DNA of 64,000 nucleotides, from positions 224,001 through 288,000 of the forward strand of contig CAXXTB010000002.1 in the NCBI GenBank assembly GCA_963676795.2. The letters are read 5' to 3'. This document shows positions 29,978 to 38,583 of the stretch, piece by piece; the stretch's first letter is position 1; each line of letters starts with the position of its first letter. The notes below the pieces were generated by a model. That model was given only the letters and a program-made list of their open reading frames with translations. It was not told where the DNA came from and ran no database searches. The translations under genes and the position numbers were made by a program. The DNA comes from Geopsychrobacteraceae bacterium (GTDB lineage Bacteria; Desulfobacterota; Desulfuromonadia; Desulfuromonadales; Geopsychrobacteraceae).

Positions 29978-32677
29978 TTATTTCTGTATGTGCTTTAGGG
30001 CTACGGGGTTCCCAGGATCTTGTTCTAAAACGAGCTGGTACACTTGATTTGCAACATCTTTTGCCCCCATTTTTTCATAATTTTGCCCCAGCTTTATCAG
30101 AGTGATTAAATCGCTTGGGTTATTTTGCAGATACTCTGTATATACATCTGCGGCTTCTTGACGTCTGTTAACAAGGCAGAGAAGGTCTGCATATTTGGGC
30201 TGATAGGTAGCAGAAGCGTTACTTAGACATTCAAGAGCCAATGTTGCCATCTCTAAGTTTTTTTCTGATAGGCAGATGACGGAAACTCTTCGAAGGGCCT
30301 CTTCGACAGTCTGGTTGAAGGTGTCCCCTATCAGTTGTTGATAGGCAGTCAGGGCGCAGTCGTTTTTTTGTTCCAGCTCAAATATATACCCTTGGATTAA
30401 CGCGGAGAGTTCCTGAGCCGTTGAGTCGTTCGGATATGCGGTGAGCCCGGTTAAGATTTTTTGTAGTTGCAGGGTATCTTTTGCCAGAAATAGTTTCAGT
30501 GCTTTTCCAAAAACACCATCCAGGTGATATCTTACCAGTCGCTCAGATTGGCGGGGAGATGCAAGAAGCCGTTCATTAATCCATGTGTCAATCTGTTGTT
30601 TCCGTTTTGAAAACACATCCTGAAAGTTCTCTGGGGCAATATCTAAAATTTCAGGACGTCTCGCTAGCCAGACACGTATTCTGCCCAGTTGTTTGTCATA
30701 GTGCCACTGTTGAGAAATGAGGTCGAAGTCAGGGGAGGATTTGTCTTCCTCAATTCGGCAGATGGTTCTTTGGGTGGCGGCAAGAATCCGCCGCAAAATA
30801 TCTCCTAGATGCTTTTGCAGGGTTCTGAAATATTCTTCAGGTTGTTCGTCTTTGAATTGAATATCGGCAGGACTCTGGTCCTGGATTTTAAGGAAGTCCC
30901 GTGCTCCGTATTGTTTAAGCACAGCCACGAGGTCGGGAAAGGCTGCAGAGAGATCTCTTTCGAGAAGACATAAGTCGGCCTTAGCGGCAGTTTTGGAATG
31001 ACAACTTGCCAAAGCGTTTTCGATAGTGTCGGCGGTCTGCGTCAGGCCCTGCTGGAGTTTGCTCAGTTCATCGAGAAGTCGTTGCACATCTGCTTGCCGA
31101 CTGGTGGGACTATCTGCTGAATTGTCCAGGAAGTCCTGTGTCCCGTATCGATTGAACATGGCTGATAGCTCGGGAAAAGCGGTTGAAATATCATTTTCGA
31201 GGCGGCGTAACAGAGCCGGGAGTGCCTCTTTTTCCGTAGTGCGGGAATGGTATGTTTTTAGAGCGTTTTCGACCGTGCCAGCAATCTGTTCCAGGTCATG
31301 CTGACCTCTGTACAGTTCTTCGAGGAGTTGTTGTCCATCTGCCTTTCGATTGGCCGGACTATCTGCTGGAAGGGCGGCAAACAAAATGTCAGTCGGCGCG
31401 ATGGATAGCGGTTCAGGAGCGAGTTTTTCGATCGGTTTGAACGTCACATGCTCGATTTGTGCTGCATTTGGCGCTGGGGAGATAACAGCGCAGCCTTGTC
31501 GTTTGGCAATTTTTGCCTGTGCCGAAAGCTGATGGATGGCGCTGAAATATTCCGGGCCGGTTTCTGCTGTGTGGCCGGAGTTTGTTATAACAGTGATCTG
31601 GGCATCGAGTTTTGGCCCGGCAATATGCTCGACATTTCCCGCAGCGTGGGTATAACCAGCCGGACTGTAACACATATCGACACCAATCAGAACCGCCTGC
31701 TTGACTCCCATTGCGACCGCAATGCCAAGCGCTGTGTTGGTGACCGTGGGCCCCCAGATCGGTAAATTCTCTTTGTTTAGGGAACTGGTCCAGGGGATTC
31801 TCTGTCCCAGATAGAGGCTTCTTCCTTCCCATAATGCCAATAATCGCGGGGCGACATGAAAGGAATGGAAAAAGATCGCTTTGTCTGCAAGCAGCAGCAT
31901 TTCGCGGCTGATGGCGAAACTGTAATCAGATGAGTCGACACTGACAACGAAGTGCGGTGCCAGGTCCACTTCAATCAGTCGGCGACAGATCCGTGAGACT
32001 GCAAAGATGATGAGGTGATCACGGTTCTGCTTGACCCAGGGAATGAATTCATCAAGAGATGGACCGCCACCAAGAATAACGGCGGTTTTGCCGGGAAAGA
32101 GATTCTCAACAATTTTGGCTGGATATCTGTTGTCGGCCATATTGTCGATCTGGCATTCCAGAAATGAACGTGATCCCAGCGAGGCTGATAGCTCGTAAGC
32201 CCGGCTTTTAATTTCTCTTTGGATGGTTGCGGCGAGTTCATGGTATTGACCGATAAAATCATTGCGGGCACCAAACGATTCCCAGAAGAGCAAAGATTCC
32301 TGATAGATATAACTGTCAATCAAATGGCTCTTGGCGTCAGCCCAGAATTTTTTTCGGTCGGTTATGCTGATGTTGGTTGCGATCGGATTGCTGACATTGC
32401 CATAATTCAGAGCATTGTTGATTTGTTCGAGTTCGACAAAAATATATCTGTTTGAAGGGTTGCCGTAACGGTGAACAAATTCAGGTAATAACCCGGAATC
32501 GGTACCGATAATGATATGGAGTTTGTCGGCTTCGGAAAAAGACGACTGAAACTGTTGTTGAAAAACGTTTTGAGCACCAAACTGGTCGAATGTATTGCGG
32601 TTGACTTCGTAAAGATATCGATCCCCAAAATGATTTGTCACTAGCGAGTCTGTCCATGTCGTTTCGACCGAGGCCAT
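29978..32677 (-). CDS. Large Maf/DUF115 protein with C-terminal TPRs
   Basis: TNHFGDRYL, IGTDSG, GGGPSL, GPTVTN, LIGVDMC; TPR-like C-terminus. Confidence 0.85.
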   Translation of the reverse strand: MASVETTWTDSLVTNHFGDRYLYEVNRNTFDQFGAQNVFQQQFQSSFSEADKLHIIIGTDSGLLPEFVHRYGNPSNRYIFVELEQINNALNYGNVSNPIATNISITDRKKFWADAKSHLIDSYIYQESLLFWESFGARNDFIGQYHELAATIQREIKSRAYELSASLGSRSFLECQIDNMADNRYPAKIVENLFPGKTAVILGGGPSLDEFIPWVKQNRDHLIIFAVSRICRRLIEVDLAPHFVVSVDSSDYSFAISREMLLLADKAIFFHSFHVAPRLLALWEGRSLYLGQRIPWTSSLNKENLPIWGPTVTNTALGIAVAMGVKQAVLIGVDMCYSPAGYTHAAGNVEHIAGPKLDAQITVITNSGHTAETGPEYFSAIHQLSAQAKIAKRQGCAVISPAPNAAQIEHVTFKPIEKLAPEPLSIAPTDILFAALPADSPANRKADGQQLLEELYRGQHDLEQIAGTVENALKTYHSRTTEKEALPALLRRLENDISTAFPELSAMFNRYGTQDFLDNSADSPTSRQADVQRLLDELSKLQQGLTQTADTIENALASCHSKTAAKADLCLLERDLSAAFPDLVAVLKQYGARDFLKIQDQSPADIQFKDEQPEEYFRTLQKHLGDILRRILAATQRTICRIEEDKSSPDFDLISQQWHYDKQLGRIRVWLARRPEILDIAPENFQDVFSKRKQQIDTWINERLLASPRQSERLVRYHLDGVFGKALKLFLAKDTLQLQKILTGLTAYPNDSTAQELSALIQGYIFELEQKNDCALTAYQQLIGDTFNQTVEEALRRVSVICLSEKNLEMATLALECLSNASATYQPKYADLLCLVNRRQEAADVYTEYLQNNPSDLITLIKLGQNYEKMGAKDVANQVYQLVLEQDPGNPVALKHIQK

Positions 32678-32839
32678 CCAATATCCTTTTCGAAAAATAA
32701 ATGAAATAAATATAAGAAAATATGAGTTGTGAGGCGAGTCAAAAATATGACAGAAGCTTCATTTTTTGACACCCTGGCCTCTTTTGTTGCGGGTTTATGG
32801 CTTGAAATCCGCTCTTAAATACTATCCTTCGCAAGAACT

Positions 32840-32856
32840 AGCAGAGACTGTGCCAG
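32840..32856 (-). promoter_or_regulatory. Sigma54 (-24/-12) promoter for the minus-strand glycosylation operon
   Basis: Minus strand CTGGCACAGTCTCTGCT, GG-N10-GC, about 160 bp upstream of the maf start. Confidence 0.7.
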
Positions 32857-32927
32857 AACCTTCGCATCGATCATCATCTTGACTGGGTAGAAAAATAAAA
32901 TATGGATATATTTTTTATAAATTTTTT

Positions 32928-32956
32928 CTAAAGTCTCCCTATATGTCAGCCGATAA
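32928..32956 (+). promoter_or_regulatory. Sigma28 (FliA) promoter of fliC
   Basis: CTAAAG...GCCGATAA (TAAA-N16-GCCGATAA). Confidence 0.8.
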
Positions 32957-33090
32957 GCAAAACAGGAAACGAGGAATTCTGTCAAAAAGGAGGTGAGAGA
33001 CGCTTTTTTTGCACTCCCCTCGAATCCAAACAAACCGGTAAATTGTAGGGCACGGAAGCCCGAAAACAAAAACATTCATGGAGGAAAATC

Positions 33091-33924
33091 ATGGCTTTGA
33101 CAATTAATACTAACGTCGCTTCCCTTAATGCACAACGTAACCTGGGTAAATCCCAAAGTTCTCTGAACACTTCTATGCAGCGCCTCTCTTCTGGTCTGCG
33201 TATCAACAGCGCGAAGGATGATGCTGCCGGTCTGGCAATTTCTGACCGCATGACTTCTCAGATTCGCGGTATCAACCAAGCCGTCCGTAACGCCAACGAC
33301 GGTATCTCTGTCGCCCAGACTGCTGAAGGCGCCATGGGCGAGGTTACCAACATCCTGCAGCGTATGCGCGAACTGGCCGTTCAGTCCGCAAATGACAGCA
33401 ACAGCTCTGATGACCGTGTTTCTCTGCAGGCTGAAGTTGATGACCTGGTTGCTGAGATCGATCGTATCTCCGCAGCTACTGAGTTTAACGGAACCGCATT
33501 GCTCGACGGTTCGGGGTCAACTCTGAGCTTCCAGGTCGGAGCTGAAGGTGGTACCAGTAACCAGATCAGTATCGATGTAAGCAGTCTGGATATGTCTTCA
33601 AGTACTCTGGGAGTAGGTACTATCGATCTTGGCGCTGCAGGGAATGATGTTGAGGCCATCCTGACCTCAATCGATAGCGCTATCGGAACTGTTGATAGCT
33701 CTCGTGGTGAGCTTGGTGCGGTTCAGAACCGTTTCGAGTCGACGATCTCCAACCTCTCCAACATCTCGGAAAACGTCACCGCAGCCCGTTCGCGGATCCA
33801 GGATGCCGACATCGCTCAGGAAACTTCAAGCATGACGAAGTATAACATCCTGCAGCAGGCTGGTGTTTCAATTCTGGCCCAGGCAAACCAGTCGCCACAG
33901 CTTGCTCTGTCGCTGCTTGGTTAA
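33091..33924 (+). CDS. fliC: Flagellin (277 aa)
   Basis: [49 protein letters not shown]. Confidence 0.98.
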   Translation: MALTINTNVASLNAQRNLGKSQSSLNTSMQRLSSGLRINSAKDDAAGLAISDRMTSQIRGINQAVRNANDGISVAQTAEGAMGEVTNILQRMRELAVQSANDSNSSDDRVSLQAEVDDLVAEIDRISAATEFNGTALLDGSGSTLSFQVGAEGGTSNQISIDVSSLDMSSSTLGVGTIDLGAAGNDVEAILTSIDSAIGTVDSSRGELGAVQNRFESTISNLSNISENVTAARSRIQDADIAQETSSMTKYNILQQAGVSILAQANQSPQLALSLLG

Positions 33925-33937
33925 TAAGGGATAGCAT

Positions 33938-33966
33938 TGGGGGCTGGGTAGCCAGCCCCCATTTTT
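33938..33966 (+). terminator. Intrinsic terminator after fliC
   Basis: TGGGGGCTGG-gtag-CCAGCCCCCA followed by TTTTT. Confidence 0.8.
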
Positions 33967-33999
33967 CCTTGTGACTGACCACAGGGGGAGGACGAGATA

Positions 34000-34347
34000 A
34001 TGAATGTTGAAGCATTAAACTTGACAAATATCACGCAGCTTCAGACAAACCGGTCCGCAGACAAGGTTGAAGAAAACAGGAAAGAAAAAGAGAATGCATC
34101 TCAGGCGGATCTGCAGGAGAAAGGTCAGGTTCAGTCTGAAGAGCTGCTTTCTCAGATCAAGTCTTTGACTGAGGATGGTCTTTACAGTGTGCGTTTTGAA
34201 AATGATAACGAAGCCGGTGAGCTGATCGTGAAAGTTGTCGATCGGGAAACCGACGAGGTTATCAGGCAGATCCCGCCGGAAGAACTTCTCGACCTGACCA
34301 AGCGGCTGCAGGATCTGCGTGGCAATATCGTTAATACGCAAAGTTGA
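34000..34347 (+). CDS. flaG: Flagellar protein FlaG
   Basis: VKVVDRETDEVIRQIPPEE; lies between fliC and fliD. Confidence 0.9.
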   Translation: MNVEALNLTNITQLQTNRSADKVEENRKEKENASQADLQEKGQVQSEELLSQIKSLTEDGLYSVRFENDNEAGELIVKVVDRETDEVIRQIPPEELLDLTKRLQDLRGNIVNTQS

Positions 34348-34375
34348 TGGGCTTTTTGGTTAGTGGAGAAGGACT

Positions 34376-35704
34376 ATGGCGATTACCTTTAGTGGTCTTG
34401 CGAGCGGAATAGATACGGACTCTATCGTTACGGAATTGATGGCGCTTGAGCGTGCTCCGATCGATCGTCTGGAAAATGATAAAGCCTACTACCAGAATCG
34501 CCTGAAAGCTTTTTCCAGTTTGGAAACAAAACTGAACGATCTTGCCCAGAAAGCCGAGGCAATCGATACCGAAGTTGAGCTCAGTTCGTATTCTGTCAAC
34601 AGCAATTCAGAGGAATACCTTTCGTTGACAACCGATGGCCGGGCTCAGGCCGGGTCCTATCAGCTGACAGTTGTCGATCTGGCTCAGCAGCAGAAGGACG
34701 TCAGCCAGGGCTACGCCAGCAAGTCAGAGGAGACCCTCGGTACGGGGTCGATCAGCTTGACCGTTGGTGGGACTGCCCATCAGCTGCTCATCGAAGAGGG
34801 CGACAATTCTCTGGAAGGGCTCGCCAGTGCCATCAATGAGGCCGATCTGGGTGTCGGTGCTGCAATCATCAACGATGGAACCGGAACTCCGTATCGTTTG
34901 GTGCTGACCGGTGCAAGCGTTACTGATAGTTTTTCTCTGGATTCTTCCGGTTTGGCCGGAGGGACGGTGGCCGGTCCGACGATGTCTAATGTCCAGCCCG
35001 CTCAGCAGGCTCACATCCGCCTGGATGGAATAGATATCTACAGCGACAGCAATTCTGTCGACAGCGCTGTCCCCGGCATGACCTTCGAACTGATGAAGGC
35101 TGACGAGACAGCCACGACGACGATCAATGTGTCGGCAAATACGGAAGATACGACAGCCAAGATCAATGATTTTGTCAAGTCGTACAACTCGGTCATCACC
35201 TTCATTGCCGATCAAAGTGATGCCAGCTGGAGTAACGATCCGGCCTTCCGTTCCGTGAAGCGTCAGATGCAGAGCATGTTGACGACTCAGGTTGGCAGCG
35301 GAACCCTGACGAGTCTTTCTCAGCTTGGTTTTGAGACCAAGCGTGACGGTCAGATCTCCGTGAACAGTTCAAAATTGACGGAAGCCCTGAGCGATAACTT
35401 CTCTGATGTGGTCACTTTGTTTGCAGGAACTGGCAGTGAAGACGGAATCAGTTCGATGTTTTCCACGTTCCTGGATGAGATGACCGATTCGGTTAGCGGA
35501 CTCTATGCGACAAGAAAAAAATCGACGGATAGCAATATCCGCAGGATCGATTTGCGCATCGATCTCATGGAAGTCCGGATGGATAAAAAAGAGCAGAGTT
35601 TACGTTCACAGTTTTCCGCCATGGAAGAGCTTGTGAACGGTTTGAATGCTCAGGGTAATTATATGCTGCAGCAGCTTTCAGCCTTAAGTCTGAGCGGATC
35701 CTGA
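34376..35704 (+). CDS. fliD: Flagellar filament cap protein
   Basis: GLASGIDT..IV..LM..ER, FVKSYN, QFSAME. Confidence 0.95.
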   Translation: MAITFSGLASGIDTDSIVTELMALERAPIDRLENDKAYYQNRLKAFSSLETKLNDLAQKAEAIDTEVELSSYSVNSNSEEYLSLTTDGRAQAGSYQLTVVDLAQQQKDVSQGYASKSEETLGTGSISLTVGGTAHQLLIEEGDNSLEGLASAINEADLGVGAAIINDGTGTPYRLVLTGASVTDSFSLDSSGLAGGTVAGPTMSNVQPAQQAHIRLDGIDIYSDSNSVDSAVPGMTFELMKADETATTTINVSANTEDTTAKINDFVKSYNSVITFIADQSDASWSNDPAFRSVKRQMQSMLTTQVGSGTLTSLSQLGFETKRDGQISVNSSKLTEALSDNFSDVVTLFAGTGSEDGISSMFSTFLDEMTDSVSGLYATRKKSTDSNIRRIDLRIDLMEVRMDKKEQSLRSQFSAMEELVNGLNAQGNYMLQQLSALSLSGS

Positions 35705-35754
35705 TCCGGAGACATAGAGAGTTCGCCCATATATTTTTGTAGGAGAATCTCAGA

Positions 35755-36183
35755 ATGAATGCATATTCAAATCATTATAAAAACAATCAAGTCTTAACCG
35801 CGTCTCCTGAGCAGATTCTGATTATGCTCTTTGACGGTGCGATCCGTTTTGTCCGTCAGGCAGGGTTTGCGATTGAGGAAGGGCGTCCGGCTGATAAGGC
35901 AAAAGCGCTCAGTAAGGCGATGGCTATCGTTACCGAGTTCTCCAACACTTTGGATCACGAAGTTGGTGGTGAAATAGCTGCTGATCTGAGCCGTCTTTAC
36001 GATTTTGTGATCAGGGAGCTCTCAGCGGTCAACGCGGGAAACGATGCAAGGCGACTCGCACCGGTTGAAAAGGTTCTTCTTGATCTGCGCGAAGGCTTTG
36101 CCGGTGCGGTCGAAGCGAATCGTCAGGGGCAAGCTCCCCCCCCCGTCGCAGGAAATGAAAAGCGCATTGCGGCCTCCTTCTGA
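35755..36183 (+). CDS. fliS: Flagellin export chaperone
   Basis: TASPEQILIMLFDGA, GGEIA.DL.RLYDF. Confidence 0.95.
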   Translation: MNAYSNHYKNNQVLTASPEQILIMLFDGAIRFVRQAGFAIEEGRPADKAKALSKAMAIVTEFSNTLDHEVGGEIAADLSRLYDFVIRELSAVNAGNDARRLAPVEKVLLDLREGFAGAVEANRQGQAPPPVAGNEKRIAASF

Positions 36184-36199
36184 AACTTATGGTGCTGTC

Positions 36200-36601
36200 A
36201 TGGAAGACTGCCTGAGAAAATCTGTCGAACAGTATCGACAAATTGTTGAGCATGCCGAAAAGCTCGAAGCTCTGCTGAAGAAAGCCGAGCCTGAGCTGTT
36301 GCGTGACTATACCCTGAAGCTGCGTCAGCTGCAGGACGAAGCGACTGCTCATGATCAGGAGTTCTTCACGGTTTTTTCTCAGCATTCCGAAGAGCTGAAA
36401 ACTCATCCGCTGTTTGTTGAGCGCACCGAGCTGCTCGATAAAATTGTTAAGCTGAATCAATTGATCTTGCCGCGAATCCGTGGCATGATGGCCGTTACCG
36501 CTCATGAACTGTCGCAAATCAAAGGTGGGCGCACGGCGGTTGCCGGCTACCACCAGCCCCTTTCGAAAAGCAAAAGCAAGGCAGTGCGGGGGATCGGTTA
36601 A
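36200..36601 (+). CDS. FliT-like helical protein
   Basis: Position after fliS; helical; C-terminal AV.GY pattern. Confidence 0.55.
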   Translation: MEDCLRKSVEQYRQIVEHAEKLEALLKKAEPELLRDYTLKLRQLQDEATAHDQEFFTVFSQHSEELKTHPLFVERTELLDKIVKLNQLILPRIRGMMAVTAHELSQIKGGRTAVAGYHQPLSKSKSKAVRGIG

Positions 36602-36676
36602 CCCCTGCCAGGTGCGTGAGCGGATTCACTGATTTCATATGTTTTTCATTTGAATTGAAAATTGGCGAATTCACTT

Positions 36677-37339
36677 ATGTCCATTCTTGATTATTTAAAA
36701 GATTATCGTGTTGTCAGGGTGCAGTTGCCCCTGCTCGATGGCAAGCTGCTGGGCCTTGACGGTGTCGCCAAACTGACTGAGACACCCAGGTTCGAAGTGA
36801 CCTTTCTTCCCGATCAACTCAATCTCGACCAGCTGGATATGCGCGGATTCTGCCGTGTGACCTATGATGTCGTTGGGGTCGACAAGACCCTCAAGGCGCG
36901 TATCGACTCAAGCCTAAGCGATGTCAAACTGCTGCTTGAGATGGTCGATACCTTCGCCTTTGTCCAGAAACGGGAATATTTCAGGGTTGATGCCGACCTG
37001 TCGGTCAGCTACTGGCTGGCGGATTCGGAGAATCCCCAGGCCCGTTCCGTGCAGACTCCGGTGAATATCAGCGGCGGCGGGATGCGTTTTCCTGTCCCGG
37101 AAACATTCGCTCCCGGAACCCGGGTCGGACTTGAGGTGGTTATCGATTCTCCCCTGCCAGCTGTTGTTGAGTGCGTTGCTGAAGTTGTCGGAACCCATGA
37201 TCTTGGCGGCGAAAAACAGATGGCACTGAAATACGTTGACATCGAGGAGGAGGGGCAGGATGCCATTATCGCCTACTGTCTTGCTGAGCAGCGCAAGCAG
37301 TTGCGCCTCAAGGTCAAGGTTATGGGGCAGGTGGTCTGA
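36677..37339 (+). CDS. PilZ-domain protein (YcgR/flagellar brake-like)
   Basis: QKREYFRV (RxxxR) and NISGGG ([DN]xSxxG). Confidence 0.85.
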   Translation: MSILDYLKDYRVVRVQLPLLDGKLLGLDGVAKLTETPRFEVTFLPDQLNLDQLDMRGFCRVTYDVVGVDKTLKARIDSSLSDVKLLLEMVDTFAFVQKREYFRVDADLSVSYWLADSENPQARSVQTPVNISGGGMRFPVPETFAPGTRVGLEVVIDSPLPAVVECVAEVVGTHDLGGEKQMALKYVDIEEEGQDAIIAYCLAEQRKQLRLKVKVMGQVV

Positions 37340-37361
37340 GATCTGCGGATCGTCCGGAAAT

Positions 37362-37399
37362 AAAAAAGCCTGTTGTTTGTTGAAAACAACAGGCTTTTT
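37362..37399. terminator. Bidirectional terminator between convergent genes
   Basis: AAAAAAGCCTGTTGTTT / AAACAACAGGCTTTTT. Confidence 0.85.
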
Positions 37400-37420
37400 G
37401 TGTCTTTACGCCAAGCTCTT

Positions 37421-38410
37421 TCACTGCCCGTAGGCAAGCTGGGGCGATGTCAGTCCCTGATAGGAGATCCGGTTCTGGCGGACGCCGAAGACATCGCTTC
37501 CACGGAGCTTTTCGGTGCGGTTGCGGCCGTTTCGTTTGGCCTGATAGAGGGCCTGATCGGCGTTGTGGAGCAGCTTCGACGGGGTGTGGCTGCCCAGCAG
37601 ATCGCTGCCGCTGATGCCGATGCTGACGGTAACCGGTTCCATGAGGCCAAGCTGTCGGTAGGGGAGCTCTTTCAGGCAGCGATGAATCCGCCGGGCCAGA
37701 ACCTCGGCATTTTTTGCACAGGTATCGGGCAGGATAACGGCAAATTCTTCACCGCCGTAGCGGCAGCAGATGTCCGATTCCCTGGCTGCCTCGGCAATGA
37801 TCCGAGCTGTTTTCTGCAGGACGATGTCGCCGGCCTGATGGCCGTAGGTGTCGTTGACCTTCTTGAAGTGGTCCAGGTCGATCATCAGCAGTGAGATGTC
37901 CGAGTTGTTGCGCTGGGAATAGGCTGAAACCTGTTTGATGTTGAGATCAAAAGTCGCCCGGTTACCGAGACCGGTGAGAGGATCGGTCAGGGCCATCTTC
38001 TGGAGTTTTTCCTGGGTCTTGCGCAGTTCAAGCAGACGGTTCCAGCGTTGCAGGTGGCAGTTCATACGGGCAATCAGTTCCTGATTGTCGATGGTCAGTG
38101 AAAGTGCGTCACTGGCACCCAGCTCAAAGCTGTTGAGCAGACTTTTCTGGTCTTTGGCAAAGGCGATCAACGGCAGGTCGTGCCATTCGTCCTGAGCCTG
38201 AAGCCGGTTGATCCACTCGTGCTGACAGTCGGTCTTTTCCATGATCCAGCAGATGATATCGGCGCGCCTGGTTTTCAGGTATTGAAAAATAGCAGGGACC
38301 GATGCCATCGGTTTGATCTGGCGGAACAAACCGGTTGCCCTGAGGCGATCGACCAGATGGCTCTTTTGTAGATTGTCGGTGGCAAATACCAGTGCTGTAG
38401 AGTTTGTCAT
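37421..38410 (-). CDS. Diguanylate cyclase with degenerate receiver domain
   Basis: DPLTGLGNR, DLDHFK.VND, RESD I-site, RYGGEEF. Confidence 0.9.
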   Translation of the reverse strand: MTNSTALVFATDNLQKSHLVDRLRATGLFRQIKPMASVPAIFQYLKTRRADIICWIMEKTDCQHEWINRLQAQDEWHDLPLIAFAKDQKSLLNSFELGASDALSLTIDNQELIARMNCHLQRWNRLLELRKTQEKLQKMALTDPLTGLGNRATFDLNIKQVSAYSQRNNSDISLLMIDLDHFKKVNDTYGHQAGDIVLQKTARIIAEAARESDICCRYGGEEFAVILPDTCAKNAEVLARRIHRCLKELPYRQLGLMEPVTVSIGISGSDLLGSHTPSKLLHNADQALYQAKRNGRNRTEKLRGSDVFGVRQNRISYQGLTSPQLAYGQ

Positions 38411-38461
38411 ATGGCATCCTTCGAAGCTCGCAGGTCGTTAACATTGACCGCTGATATCAAT

Positions 38462-38490
38462 CTATCGGCTTTTGGTCCCGGCTTCTTTAG
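38462..38490 (-). promoter_or_regulatory. Sigma28 promoter of the diguanylate cyclase
   Basis: Minus strand CTAAAG...GCCGATAG, same spacing as the fliC promoter. Confidence 0.75.
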
Positions 38491-38583
38491 CGTTTCAGCG
38501 ATATTTTTCCGGCGACTGCGGGTTTTGTCAGTATCTTTGGCAGGATGGATAAACTAATATGAGGAAGTGGACGATATGGGCCT

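Noticed and set aside
32798..32813. Plus-strand GG-N10-GC (TGGCTTGAAATCCGCT) as a sigma54 promoter for fliC
   Set aside because: Poor match outside the dinucleotides; a good sigma28 promoter already explains fliC
32957..33090. c-di-GMP-I/cGAMP (GEMM) riboswitch in the fliC leader
   Set aside because: The GGCAAAC...GAAA...GCAAAGC two-stem consensus is not evident by eye; cmscan would be decisive
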